In this document: positions 12,278 through 26,420 of the stretch, piece by piece
Position numbering within the stretch: position 1 is the stretch's first letter
Layout: each line of letters opens with the position of its first letter
Origin: Cyanophora paradoxa CCMP329
Taxonomy: Eukaryota; Plantae; Glaucophyta
Assembly (NCBI GenBank): GCA_004431415.1
Contig: QPMI01000195.1
Span: 1-64,000, forward strand
Length of the DNA stretch: 64,000 nt
Direction of reading: 5' to 3'
Program-made: the position numbers and the translations under genes
Notes under the pieces: generated by a model
The model's database searches: none
What the model was told of the DNA's origin: nothing
The model's input: only the letters and a program-made list of their open reading frames with translations

Positions 12278-14805
12278 GGCGGACGGAGCAGATGTCGGTG
12301 ACGGAGCCGATCGCCTCCAGCGAGTTGAGCTTCCGCACCACCGCCCGCTGCGCGCGCGCGTGCTCGCATGTGATCCCAAAACAAATCAATTGCAATGTGC
12401 GCGCGCTGTAACGGCGTGCATGCATTTTTTCGATTCGGCGCCGCATTAATATTATAATTAATATTATTCTCGCACCTTCGTCGCCATGCGCCGAACGCCG
12501 ATCGCCTGCGATCGCGAATATTAATATGTACGTGTATTGTAATTACGCAGCGCAGCTGCAGCTGCGCATGCATGCGCATGCGGGGTGGGCCACGTGCACG
12601 CGCCATGGTGACCGTGAGGACCGCCACGAGGCCCTCCGGAATGATGGCGATGGCGACAGAAATCGCGTAGATGGCGATTTCATTCATATCTCCCGAAAAC
12701 TGGGGGGGGGGGGGGGGGGGGGGCGGGCCGCGGTCGTGGTTGCGACCGCGAGAGGGCGAAACATCAATCAATTATAAGGTGTATATATATACACGTATGG
12801 CCCATGGGCGCCTGCGCAGGCGCAGCTGTCGACGTCGCGCGCGCACGCACCCCGTACCGCGCGAAGACGACGAGGACACAGAGCCCGCCAAATCCAAAGA
12901 GCGCGAAGCCCAAATAATTCATTCGGCGCTGCCCGACCGTGAGACGAGTCGGCGGACGCACGCGGCCCATGTCGGTGGGGCTTGCAATATTAAATATTAT
13001 ATAATTAACTGCAATATTTGATGGTACTTTAGATCTCTCGCTCGTGATCGCGGTCGCACCTGGAGCGGGGTGGCGACGTGCTTGGGCTGGAGCTTCTCGG
13101 CGATGCGCCCCAGCTCGGTCGCCATCCCCGTCGCCGTCGCCACGCCCCTCGCCCGGCCCCGCGTCACGATCGTGTTCTTGAACGCCATCTGTCGGCGGCC
13201 GCCCCCTTCGTGAGGAAACGAATTCGAATCACGGAACCACGCGTGGACAAGCTTATATTTATTAATTGCGCGCGTTCGTGCGGTCGCCCACGGGCGGAGG
13301 CGCCTCGGCCGCGGGCAGCGGCTCCACAGTCTTCCTGCGCTCGTGCGCATGCATATGCATATGCGCCCCCCCGTCAGCAAAGCTTAATGAATCTTTTTCG
13401 ACCGCCTTCAGCTGCGCATATGCATGCATGTACATGTGCTCGTCAACTCTGACATTCAGATTCGCGCACCGGACGGGGTTCGCCTCGCCCGTCAGGAGCG
13501 CCTCGTCGGCCTCCATGCCGGCCACCGACGCGAGCCGCATGTCGCACGGCACCTGGTCATGATCAAGTACGTATTAATGCACATCCATGTCACAGCTAGA
13601 AGCAAGAATAATTAATTGGCAGAATCGAAGCAAGCGACGGCGCTGCGACGCACTTGGTTCCCGTCCTCGAGCAGTACAAGGTCGCCGGGAACGACCTGCA
13701 ATTGCGCCGATGAACAAATATTCAATACGATCATGACGTGTGGGCCGGGGGCGGGATTCGGAGTATCCTGACGTCGTCAGTGCTGATCTCTTGCTCCCTG
13801 CCGCCCCGCACAACCCGCGCCACGGCTGCAGACAGCAATCATATGCATGATCAAGGCAGTCACGCGTACGTATAGCGATCGTGCATGCGCTTGCGCATAG
13901 ATGTATGCGCACGGGCTGTTGACTTTTTGAGAGCCGCAAGTGTTTGCTCGGCGCGGAATTCCTGAAAGTAGCTGCGCATGTGCATGGACATGTCAGTAAA
14001 ATGAAGAATCGAGCGATAGCTAGCAACAACATGTATACATTATGTTCGAGGTACGCTCCGAATCCGGATCCGACAAAGCCGGGCGCGCATGCGAATCCGG
14101 GCTCCGGTGATTAAGGTGCGCATGCGAAGTATTTAATTAATATTAATATAAGCTTAATTATACGAGCGCGTACGCGCCCCCGCGCGCGCGGGGCCGCGGC
14201 CCCTGGCCCCCGGCCCCCGGCCCGCACCCGACGAGAACGTTAAAGACGATGACCGCCCCGATGACGGCCGCGTCGATGACTTCCTGGAAAACAATCGTGA
14301 CGACCAGCGCCGCGTAGAGGATGAGGATGATCGGCGCCGTCAGATGCTCCACTGCGCATGCGTTTCCAGGCCACATGTACAAAGTCTTGATCAGCGGCGC
14401 CGGCGTCGGCGCGCGTCGGCGTGGCGCTTGCAATTGCAAGCTGAAACTTGTATATATACGTAGTTAATATGAATTTAAAGCTTAATGATGAAGCGCGCCG
14501 AGCAGCTTGAGGGCGGAGAAGCTGTGGACGCCTTTGAGGCGATTGTGGCCGAACTCCTGCAATCTCCGCTCCGCTTCGGTCTCCTCGAGCCCATCGCTCA
14601 GCGAGACACCTTGGTGTGCGGCTGCGCACACGAGCGCGTACGGGCCGGGAGCATATATAAGCATGCATATGCAGGCAGCTGCCATTGTTGCCTCACCGAC
14701 TTGGATCACCGTCTGCGTGTACGGCGCCTCGCCCTCGCTCGGCGCCGGCCGCGGCGCGCCCGCTGTGGCGCGCGCGTGGTGCTTTTGCCGACCGCGCAGC
14801 CCCAT
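5268..14805 (-). CDS. P-type ATPase, P2D/ENA-type Na+(K+)-exporting ATPase, >30 exons
   Basis: DEALLTGEANP (~13480-13510), IAIIPEGLVAVLTVTM (~12610-12660), ICS|DKTGTL (12290/12200), EFDSTLK|RMSV, HMLTGDH (~9840), AR|CSPDSK|VKLVDALKRR, VNDAPS, DVGIAMGLAGSDV, KFLVHLLSGNVAE, VFPMTAIQVLYLNM. The ARCSP/MLTGD/VFP motif set matches ENA pumps. Confidence 0.9.
6058..6138. repeat. Intronic pentamer microsatellites (CAGTT)n followed by (GATCG)n
   Basis: Read directly from the sequence; a related (TCAGA/TCAGT) run lies at ~5910-5950. Confidence 0.9.
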
Positions 14806-15200
14806 GCAAAAGGGGGGAAAGAAGACCGAAGGTCTTCCCCCCTTGCTCCCCGTTCCCTCGCTTCAGCCAAAATTTTTCTAGGAGGCCGTTTGCGAGGGCC
14901 AGTATGCAACACCGAAAAAAATGACGGTTATTCGCGTTATGATTGGCTCGGTGGACCGGTCAGCCTTAAAAAAGCTTCTCGCGAAAACTGGTTTTCGAGG
15001 GGAAAACCAACTTCGCGCTCATGATCATGATCACTCCTCTAGATCTGGGCTCTCGTTCGCGCGGCGGTGCGCTGCGTCACGCGGCGGTTTTGCATGGCAT
15101 GCACTTCTCCCTAACTGTCTCCTCTAGATTTCGGCTTCCTCGCACTGCCCCGCGTACGTATACGTCTACGCCGCACGGTACGCGTCGGGCGAAGCCTCTT

Positions 15201-17953
15201 CCGTATGTCAATGGTGAACGACCGGTTCTATTTTTTTTCCAATCGAGTCCGATTGGTCCGAGCGTCCAGATTCGCAACCTCCGCAATGAAGGCGACCGGT
15301 CCTCGAGGTGACTTGGCTGTCCACGGACGTGACACTTATTTTTGGACTCGAAGCCCCCCTAAGACGATCGCTCTCCCGTCGGCGTCGTGCGAAAATCGAA
15401 TTTCCCTCCAGGATCAATTCCGGTATTTATACCCCGGGGCTCGATCGCGAAACCCCAAAAAGTGGGACCCGGTCCCGCCCGGTCCCGCGACGAAAGCCCG
15501 CCACAGACGCCCCAGAGCAATGCAGAATGACAGCCAAGAGCGCGCGCATCGCGGCAAGCTCGATTTCGGGCGCCCTCGATGCTCCAGTCCGAAGAGTCGG
15601 CCGAAAGTTTGATCCTGCCGGTTCCGCCCGGTCCCCCGACGCGCGCAATCGATGCGTACTGGCGCGCATAGATATAGCAGGGCCTGCGCACTCCAGATAT
15701 CCGCTTTTCGGAGCCGGATCAGCGCAGAAAGGTGCCCGTCGGCAAAAATTCGATCCTGCACAGCCCCGGGCATCTTTCCGCGCGCCGACGCCGCGGCGCA
15801 TGCGCGGATCAATAGCATAAGCATTTGAGATGAAGACGAGGCCTTTCGCACGGTCTCTAAATGCGCCGGGCCGCGAGGACCCAGCCGACCCCGAAAATTC
15901 GATCCTGGACGGACCTGTGCATCTTTCCGCGCGCCCTCGCGTCCTCACCCATGCCCATCGCTACAGTATTCATTTGAGATGTAAACGAAGCCTTCCGCAA
16001 GCTCTCTGGCCGCGAAAGAGCACGAGAACCCAGCCGATGCCAAATTTTCGATCCTGGACAGGCCTGTACATATTTCCGCGCGCCCTCGCCTCCGCGGCCC
16101 TGCACATCGATCCTGCATCCATTCGAGACTCTGTTTAAGCGATTAATAAGCTCTGCGCATGCGCCTGGCCGCGAGAACCTCGCCCGTCCCCTCGACAATC
16201 TCCTTTCAATTCCCTCAGGGCCTCGAGCTCAACTACAGCTAGCTGATTCGCAGCACCACTCCTCCCCTCATTATATTCTCTCTCAGCTGCAGCAATTCCC
16301 CTTATAACATAATTGTATTCTCTCAGGACAGCTCTTCTCAGGACAACTCCTCCCATAATTATATCCCCTAGCTAATTGCATGCATATGGCAGCACCACTC
16401 CTCCACTCATTATATTAATTCGAATTCGCTCTCAGCTGCACCAATTCCCGTAATTTAATACTTATATTCTCTCAGGACAGCTCCTCTCACGACAACTCCC
16501 CCCATAATTATATTCCCTCTCAGCAGCCCTCCCCTCCCCTCTCCCTGCCCCACCGACCCAAAGACAGCCGCGACGGGCCGCGATGAACAAGGGGGGCGCG
16601 AGGAGGGCGGCAGAGGCTTCGCCCGATGTTTGGGACCCGCAGGGGCCCAGGGCTTGTCCGTAGGTCGATGGTGAACGCCCGATTCTATTTTTTTTCCACT
16701 CGAGTCCGATTGGTCCGAGCGTCCAGATTCGCGACCTCCGCAATGAAGGCGAACGGTCTCCGACGTCACACAGTAGAACTTTCGGGCGGGCAACCTCCAC
16801 TGATTTATTTTCGGACTCGAAGCTCCCCTTAATCGTGTCGCGCGAAAATCGAATTTCCCTCATGGATCAATTCCGGTATTTATACCACGGCTCGATCGCG
16901 AAACCGCAAAAAGTGGGACCCGGTCCCGCGACGAAAGCGCGCCAGGGACGCCCCAGACCGGTCACAATGACAGCCAAGAGCGCGAGCATCGCGGCAAGCT
17001 CGATCTTGACCGCCGCCGACGCTCCAGTCTAAAGACTCGGGCGAAATTTCGATCCTGCCGGTCCCGCCCGGTCCCGTGACGCGCGCATTCGACGCGTACT
17101 GGCGCGCATAGACATAGCAGGGCCTGCGCGCTCCACATATCCGCTTTTCGGAGCCGGAACAGTGCAGGAAAGTACCCGATGGCAAAAATTCGATCCTGCA
17201 CAGTCCCGGACAACTTTCCGCGCGCCGACGCCGCGGCGCATGCGCGGATCAATAGTATATGCATTTCAGATGTAGAAGAAGACTTCCGCACGGTCTGTAA
17301 ATGCGCCGGGCCGCGAGGACCCAGCCGTCCCCGAAAATTCGATCCTGGACGGACCTGCACATCTTTCCACGCGCCCTCGCATCCTCACCCATGCCCATCG
17401 CTACAGCATTCATTTCAGATCTAAACGAAGCCTTCCGCAAGCTCTGTGGCCTTGACAGAGCACGAGAACCCAGCCGACGCCAAATTTTCGATCCTGGACA
17501 GGCCGGCACATATTTCCGCGCGCCCCCGCCTCCGCAGCCCTGGACATCGATCCTGTATGCATTCGAGATTCTGTTTAAGCGATTTATAAGCTCTGCGCAT
17601 GCGCCTGGCCACGAGAATCTCGCCCGTCCCCTCAACAATCTCCTCTCAGTTTCCTCAGGCCTCGAGCTCAACTACAGCTAGCTGATTGGCAGCACCACTC
17701 CTCCCCTCATTATATATTCTCTCTCAGCTGCAGCAATTCCCCTTATTACATAATTATATTCTCTCAGGATCGACAACTCCTTTCAGGATAACTCCCCCCA
17801 TAATTATATTCCCTCTCAGCAGCCCTCCCCTCCCCTCTCCCTGCCCCGCCGACGCATTGACAGCCGCAACGGGCCGCGATGAACAAGGGGGGCGCGAGGA
17901 GGGCCGCTGAGGCTTCGCCCGATGTTTGGGACCCGCAGGGGCCCAGGGCTTGT
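15201..17953. repeat. Two diverged tandem copies of a ~1.3-1.45 kb non-coding unit with internal ~149-bp subrepeats
   Basis: Copy 1 ~15201-16657 and copy 2 ~16658-17953 both end in GATGTTTGGGACCCGCAGGGGCCCAGGGCTTGT. The anchor GATCCTG occurs at 15611/15752/15901/16050 and 17051/17192/17341/17490. Copy 1 carries an extra internal duplication at ~16240-16520. Confidence 0.9.
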
Positions 17954-18195
17954 ACTGGTTTTCGAGGGGGAAACCGCAAAAACCGCTTGCGCCGGCCGCT
18001 GCCAGCGCCGCTGATCGCAGCCGGGCACGTCATGATCAGGCCGTCCAGACCGTACGCGTAGTCTCTTGCTGCGGTCAGCAAGCCGCCGATATTGAGCTCA
18101 TACCGCAGAATCGCGCGCGCCACTGCCCGCAGGCGAGCACGCCGGCCGGGCCGGGCGGTCTTGTTGCGCTCGGCACCCGGCCAGCAGACTAGTTC

Positions 18196-18659
18196 CACTA
18201 GTAAAAAGGGGGTAGCAACTGACCTAAAAGCGGGCTAAAACCGGGCTAAAGTCGGGCTAATATAAGCTCGGACGTAATGCCCGGGTTAGGTCGGACCTTA
18301 AACGGATTGGGTCGGACCTAACACGGATTTCATCGGACCTAAAACGGCTTAGATCGGACCTAACGCCCGGGCTAAAACGGATATATGATCTAGTATGATC
18401 GAAGCTGAGCCACGGTCCGGGCTAAAACGCATTAGCTCGGACCTAATGCCCGCCGGGCCGGAATATGATAGAAGCATATGTATGCTTATAGCCCGCTTTT
18501 AGCCCGCTTATTGGTCCGACTTATTTATTATAGCCCGGTTTTAGCTCCACTGCAATCGTTCTAAGGTCGGTTATAGCCCGGGTTTACGTCGCAGCCGACC
18601 TACTTTTAGTTCGGTTTTAGCCCGCTTTTAGGTCAGTTGCTACCCCCCTTTTACTAGTG
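18196..18659. mobile_element. Non-autonomous CACTA (EnSpm) DNA transposon, 464 bp
   Basis: Ends are CACTAGTAAAA...TTTTACTAGTG with ~48-bp near-perfect TIRs; 3-bp TSD TTC at 18193-18195 and 18660-18662; subterminal repeats (CGGGCTAAA, TCGGACCTAA) in opposing orientations; no transposase ORF. Confidence 0.93.
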
Positions 18660-18798
18660 TTCGCGTGCTGCGCACGACGTGCGGCTTGTGCGCTCAGTTG
18701 GCGGCTCGCGTGCGCCCCGCGCTGCGCCTCGTGCCTGCACCCCCGCCGCCTGCAGCTGCCACCCGGCCAGCAGCCCATGGCCAGCACGCTTGCTGCAG

Positions 18799-19373
<575 letters not shown>

Positions 19374-22211
19374 ACCCTTCCTCTTCAATACGCTCACGGA
19401 CGTGTTCCGATGTGAATAATTCGCGCATGTGCTATCTGTGTGCACGAAATCGCAGCTGCTGAACCTATCTTCGAGCTGCTGCAATTATCGCAAGCACGGG
19501 TCATTCAGGGCTGGGCTCGGGAAACGAGGTATGGGCCAGGGCGGCAGCGGCCGGGCCGCTGCGGCCCCGGTCGCCCCCTAGCTATAGGGCGCCGCGAGTC
19601 GGGCTCCCTGCGGCCGTCCAGTCGCACGAGGCGCGGCGCCGAAAGGGGGGGAGCGCGCAACATGCCGCGCGCACTGGGCCGGGGTCGATCTGCCGCGCGC
19701 ATGTGCGTCCCACTACGACACTTCCATTAGATCCCGGTTCCCCCCTTGCACCCCGGGCCCCCGGCGCGAGAATCGCGGCCGGGCCCCTAGTTATAATTAT
19801 AGGCCAACATGTACGCCGATCGCGATCGCGAGTCGGTATATATCGAGCGCTAGCTAGCTATAGCTCGAGAGAGAATTTCGAACAGCGGTATATATGCATG
19901 CGAAAGGAAGGGCGCCCGGCAAGCCCCCCCGCACCCCCCCATTTGCTTATTGTTTTGCTCTGATCATGATATCGATGCATATGCCGCAGTGCCGAGTAAT
20001 TAATATAAGTTGGTCTCGGTACCGGTGCCTTTATTGAACAATGAATCGCGCAATTGCAAATCTCGCGAATAACCTTGCAATTAATATTGCGAACTCTGGA
20101 TCCAGCAGAATCCAGCTGCAGTCTCTGTCTCAGCGTGATCATGAAACGCGCATGAAACGCGCATGCATATGATTGTAAGTGCGATCGCTGGTCAAGTTGC
20201 AATTGCATGCATGATTATCGTGCATGCGGAGCTAAATAGTGCAGTCTTCGTGCTGCTAGTTGCTAGTGCAGCCTACGTGCTGCTAGGGCCGACGTCGGCG
20301 TCAGTACGCCTCGGCCACCTCTTATTATAGCTACTACGGGTACGCCGGGCCTGTCCGGGTACACATCATTCATTAGGGATACAGTGTTACTGGCAATACT
20401 ACAGAAGCGACAGCGATCCCTCGTGATCCACTGAGCCCCGTCGAGCCACGCTCGACCGGGAGCCTCCCCGCGTGCTTCCCCACTAATCCCGCACGCGACA
20501 GTCATTCGAATTCGGACCCGCATCGAGTCTAGATCTGGATCCCGATTCCCGAATCTTGATCTGTACGTATACTAGAGACTGTAGCGAGTATATGACAATG
20601 ACTCGGGTCCCGCGGCCGCCGGCCGGGCAACGCGCGGCGGGCGCCGCGGCCGGACGCGGCGCCGGCCCATATGCATGGCCATCGTGCTCGCGATCGTGCA
20701 CTGGCGGCGCGGGCGCCGCCCGGCCATGAATCCCATGATTAATATTCGTGCGCCGTCGACGTCGACTCGCGCTCGGAGTAGACGCCAATTGCAAGCGCTG
20801 CGCAGCGGATCCGGACCCGGCCGCGGAGGCTCATGATCGTGTACCTCTCCCGGTAGCTAGTCTAGTTATATATGGTAGCTATTGCTAGCGGCAGCTCGGG
20901 CGCGCAGCCTGCGGCGCAGGGCGCCGGCGCCGACGGCCGGCCCGCGCGCGCGGCCGCCGGCCTCGGGCCAATTCATGAGTACCAGTACCAGTATCACTGA
21001 GTCATGAGCTAGACTGCAGCTGATCATGAGCCCGGTCCAATCTCGCCCGGACGGCTCGATGATATCGATTTTCGATCCAATCTCGCCCGGACTCGCCTAG
21101 AATCCCTAGATCCGCCGCGCGGCCGCGGGCCGCGCCGGGCCGGCGCCGGCCGCGCCGCCGCCGCGACGACGCGGCGACCGTCTCGCTTTTTTGGGATATG
21201 ATCATGAAACTTGAATTGTACCCGGTACATGAAACAGAAAGCGTATACTTAGTACTTACCTAGTAGTACTACTGCAGTACTACTGCAGTAGTATTGCGGC
21301 ACTACCTAATATTGCCGCGCTAGATCATGATGCTGCTCATCGGTATCATTGTCGGAAATTATTAAAGTGCCAATAATGTCATTCATAATGAGCGGTGATT
21401 TTCAGATCAAATAGTTGTCGAATCCAACCATCGAGCGGGCGGATATCGAGCTCGAGAGCTCGAGACATGCCATGATGATCGATATCCATCCATGTATACG
21501 GTGAATCCGTGATGATGGACGGTATATGAATGATTCATCCAGCGGGATTGCAGCCTCGATCAGCTGCATGCGCAGCAGCAGTGCAGCTGCGGCCAGCCTG
21601 CACGTAAAATTTAAATGCGGGAATGCGCGGGAATGCGGAGACGTTTAGATTATCTTTGCAATTGCGCGCCTAATTATATAATTAATGAATGCGGGCATTA
21701 AACTTTAATTAATTATTTCAAAGAATATTAATAAACTTTAATTACCCATGCAGCGCCTAATTAAGGATTACTATAGCTACTCAGCCTATATAGGCTATAG
21801 CTAGGCCTAGGCCTTAAGCTTTGAATTCAATGTACATGTTAACTTGCAAACACTAATACAAGTTGCTTTATGCAGTACCCCGCTTAATTAACGTCCCATA
21901 CAAGCCTCGAATTTTTATAACACGATATTTTTGCCACGCTCGATCTACTTCCGAAGTTCACAGACTAAAAAATCACAGTATATACCGCGTATACGGGGGC
22001 CCGTAGCGGCCTAGGCCTTGGCTCGAGGAACTTGGAAGAGTCGAAGATGCGCCTGGCCGGCTCAGAGAGTCTGCTCATCATGGCATGAACCCGCAGCGGC
22101 CCATGATCTGCTAGTACTAGTCCAGTGCAGATCTAGACGCGCGCGCGTTAGCCCAGAAACTTAGACTCTCATCAGCACGCGTGCGCGAGGCGCCGCGAGC
22201 TCGAAGCAGCC

Positions 22212-23625
22212 ATGGCGGTCTACGCTATGCCCGGCGACTACACGGTCGTGATGGCCATCGGCGTGATCCTCGCCTTCGCCGGATCCTTCGCCATCGTGCG
22301 CCCCCCGCCCGCGACCGCGCTCCGCGGCGCCGCCCGCGGCCGCCGGCGCCGCCGAGCCGCCTTAAGTCTGCCGCAACGCCCGCGAGCCGCGCACCGTAGC
22401 ACGGACTCCGGGACCAAGCCCGGCCGCTTATCTCTATTGATTTAGATCTAGATTTCGAATTCTCGTCATTGATTTAGATCTAGATTTCGAATTCTCGTCA
22501 GACGGTGCCAGTCCCAGGCATTGACCGCTAGAGCTCAATCCCACGCGCAGGGCGCTAATGACGTCGCCAACAGCTTCGGTGAGCTCAACTAAATTCTTCT
22601 CGGGAGATAGCGCGATCTCGACCCTACAGCTAACCGCACGCATCCGCAGCAAACGCCGTCGCATCGCGTTCGATCACTCTCAAGTGGGCGTGCGTGTTCG
22701 CGGGTGTCGCCGAATTTCTCGGCGCGCTCCTGCTCGGAAAATCAACTGGCGAAACGCTGCGCGGTGGTCTAGTGTGAGTGCCGCATATTTTTATGCGCAG
22801 TGATTGAGAATTAATTTCTCACCACGTCCGCGATCATGATCATGAGCCACGATTAATATTCGTCTGCCGCTCATTCGCAATGTTGCAGGAAAGTCAGCCG
22901 CTTCGCGGACCACCCTACGCTTCTGATGCTTGCAATGCAATGCGCCCTCATTGGAGCCGCGGGCTGGATCCTCATCGCGACCTACTACGGCATGCCCGGT
23001 GCGGGAATTGCGCTCCCGACACGTATACATTCTGCTCCTTCTTATCGTGATTCCATGCCCCGATCTTCCTCTCAATGGTGAATATGATCAGTTTCTACAA
23101 CGCACTCGGTGCCCGAATTTCTTTTTACTAGCTGGCGCCGCCGCCGAATTATAAATCTCTCGCATATTAAATTTAAGAACAGATCGTCGGAGCTGTCATC
23201 GGCGTCGCTGTGGCCGCGTTCGGTGGCGAGGCGGTCAACTGGGCCTGGGACGGCAGGGGCGTGGCTCAGATCGTGCGCACCATGGAATTCGAGCTGACCG
23301 AGAGCCTTCGAATTCAAATTGGAATCGAAGATCTAGCTTTATTGATCCAGAATGCTGCTGATTATAATGTATGATGTTGCGCAGGTGGCTTCCTGGTTTA
23401 TTTCGCCAGCGCTAGCGGTGAGCATGCCTCCTCGATACCTGCATGTGACGCTCGAATCAAATTTAGCGGGCTGAGCTTTAGTGTCGCTGCAGGCCAGTCT
23501 TGCAGCAATCCTCTTCGGGCTCCTCAAACTTCTGGTGCTCAAGCGGAAGAACTCGTTCAGGAAGGGCCTCGTCACCGTTCCCATCTTCTTCGCGTTCGGA
23601 CTGTTCATCAGTGCGTCGACGTCTT

Positions 23626-23659
<34 letters not shown>

Positions 23660-26001
23660 TGTATCATGATCAAGACTGATCCACCCTCAGACACATACCT
23701 CATCACGACCAAGGGCATGCCCAACATGGACCTTATCGGTTCCGGCCAGTTCACGGAAGGTCCGGAACGCGAATATGTGTCCGGGCCGGCGCGCGGTCCG
23801 GCGTTGATATCTTGACTTGATACATTTCTTTGCATCCATTAGCCCAGCTCGTCGGTGTTTCGATCGCGGTCGGCGTCGGCGCCTCGGCCATTCTGTCGAC
23901 AATCATGATTTTGTGGTTCGTATCCCTGCGCGCACTGCGGCACGCGCACCAGATCTAGAGCAGTGCGAACGTGTGGTCGGTCTTTGACGCTGCGATCAGG
24001 GCGAAGAAGACCCTCGACTACAAATACGTGATGGGCCCGGACGGGAAGAATGTCCTATCCCCGCAAGCCCTCGCGGAGGCTGAGCAAGAGAAGGCGAAGG
24101 TGCACGCGTTGCAGATGAAGACTTTGTACACCGACAGCGCCAAGGTGATTACAGTATTCGCGATCTTGCCCCTTCGACGCTCGCACTCGAACTGCGGCCG
24201 CGGATCGTATACGTAAGTGTACCTCGCGAGCAGGTCAGCCCCTCCGCGGATGGCACGGGCCCGGCCGTCGACGCTCTGGACGGCGCTTCCTCTTCGAATG
24301 GGGAGAAGAAGGGCGCCGGGTCCACGTTCAAGGACGTTCTCCGCAAGTCGTTAATGAAGGCGAAGAACGCCGCCCTCAAGGGCGTCAACGTCGGTCAGTC
24401 GCCGCGCACTTCGGCCCAGGCACGTGCACGCCCTAAAGAGCCAGCCCCCAGATGTCGTAAGCATCGAGGGCAAGACGGAGATCGGTACGTCCGTGAATCG
24501 CTTTCCGTTAAATTTGATGGAGGATGGCGATTTTGACCTCGGGGCCGGGCCGGGCCGCAGAGGAGATGCACAGCCTGACCGAGGACTACGACCCAAAGAC
24601 GGAGGATCTGTTCAAGCTCTTGCTCATCACGTCCAGCACCCTCGCCTGCTTCGCACACGGCTCCAACGACGTCGCAAACTCCATCGGCCCTTTCGGTGCG
24701 CTATACATAGCTTGCATTTGTTATATTCAAACTCGCCAACCGTATTATCGAACTAATTCGCATGCGCAGCCACTGTATTCGCTGTGTGGAAGGAGGGTTC
24801 GAACTACATGTGTGATGGTGCGCTCTGGCAACTGCCGGCGTCCGCGCATTCTTTACACCGGCGTCCGCGCATTCTTTACAAATCATAATAAGCTATAGCT
24901 TAAGCTTGGCGCGGTCCCAAGCATTGCTGTTGACGTTAATTGTTTGGGCAGGCGCGCTGGATGGCCGCTGCTGGGCCGTTGCCAGGCCGGTCTCTACGGT
25001 CGAAGCCTGGATTCTTGCGTTCGGTTCGCGCGCTTTGTCGTGCCCGCCGGCCCCATATATATATAGATGTATGCACGGGGCCAGTAGCGCCTTGGCTGAC
25101 CGCGAGTCTGCCGATCGCGACGTCTGCAGGAGGGGCAGGCATCGTCATCGGTCTGAGCACCTGGGGCTACAAGGTCATGTCGAACCTCGGGAACAACCTG
25201 GTCAAGGTGAGCATCGCCGCGCGCGCAACGGCGCCGCGCGCTACGCGTACGCGCTCGCTCGCGATCGCTCACTCCGCGAGCGCAGATGTCGCCGTCGCGC
25301 GGCTTCTGCATCGACATCGGCGCCTCCATCACGGTCATCTTCGCGAGCGCCATGGGCTGGCCCGTCAGCACCACCCAGTGCGCCGGTGCGACCTCGAGAT
25401 TCTGGGCATTTATGATATTCAAGCCCCAGCCTGATCGTGAGACTGCCGCCCGCGGCCGCAGTCGGCGCGACCACAGGTGTCGGAGTTATCAGCGCGTCGA
25501 ACCCGAAGGACGCCGCCCGCGTGCGTCGCAATGATCGCCATTCGCAGCCTCAATTCTCGCGCTGACGATGCCGAAATGCTTTCAAATCGATAGACCGTGA
25601 ACTGGAAGCTTTTCGCGAGGATGGGCTTGAACTGGATCATGACCCTGCCCGCAGCCGGGCTGACCTCCGCCCTCATGTGAGCTCGAGAGCTTTTTTCAAG
25701 CTCAAGGCTTCTGCGAGTCATCTAGCTACTACTAGGCTATATATAGACGTCGACCCGTTCATTTCTGACTCGCATTTCTGTACCCGCGCGCAGCTTCGCG
25801 TACGTCGCCTACACTCCGGCCGCGTGGGCGACCGAGCAGCAGTCCGTCACCTTCTTCCCCAACTCGGCTGTCGAGGTCAGTGCGGATACGGATGTACATG
25901 CCTAATTATTCCCTTAAATTTGCCCCGCCGTCCGATCATGGCGATGGCGAACATGAATTGATATTGATCGATATCGTGTTTATCAGTGGACGAAGACCTA
26001 A
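22212..26001 (+). CDS. PiT/SLC20 (Pho89-like) inorganic phosphate transporter, multi-exon
   Basis: Both family signatures are present: GANDVANSF (~22550) and HGSNDVANSIGP (~24655). Also GIVIGLSTWGYKVMSNLG, SPSRGFCIDIGAS, GWPVSTTQ and WIMTLPAAG. Confidence 0.9.
23629..23656. repeat. (TA)n microsatellite in a PiT intron
   Basis: Read directly from the sequence. Confidence 0.9.
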
Positions 26002-26420
26002 AACATGGAGGTGCGGAGGCGGCGCACGATCGGCGATTCTCGCGAGGAGAATCGGATCGGTCTGGATATCTGTCGGCGTACAGTAGTTTCCCTTAATCTT
26101 TGTATCTGCAGTTAATAGAAGTAGCTAGCGTAAACGCGTACTACGTATACGGTATACGACTCGGGTCGATCGCGAGTTGTCTTTCCTCAGATATCGATCG
26201 AATTTTCAGATTTCTTTCTAATTGCAAAATCTTTTAATTTATTATCTCGAGGACGCGAGTCTTAAGGCAGTTTCGCCTCAAGCTCTCAGTACTGGTAGTA
26301 TTCTCTTACAAAGTATGTAGCGATCAAGTAAACGACTTAGTTTTGACCAGATGTACCTGTCAAAATGTATTAGCATCCGTGTTAGAAAATCAAATGGAAC
26401 AGTACCAGTTGCAGTATATA

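Noticed and set aside
15201-17953. Regularly spaced AAATTCGATCCTG motifs as a CRISPR-like array
   Set aside because: The 'spacers' are ~135 bp and homologous to each other, there are no cas genes, and the context is eukaryotic.
20263-20505. Compositionally distinct block with an A-box-like GGCTCAGTGG on the minus strand; a similar TGGCCCAGTGG lies at ~56432
   Set aside because: No B box, cloverleaf, tail or TSD was found, so a tRNA, SINE or ncRNA call cannot be supported.
19700-22200. P1BS/PHO-box-like sites (e.g. GCATATGC at ~19977) upstream of PiT
   Set aside because: Such palindromes are common throughout this region, so they are not informative without conservation data.
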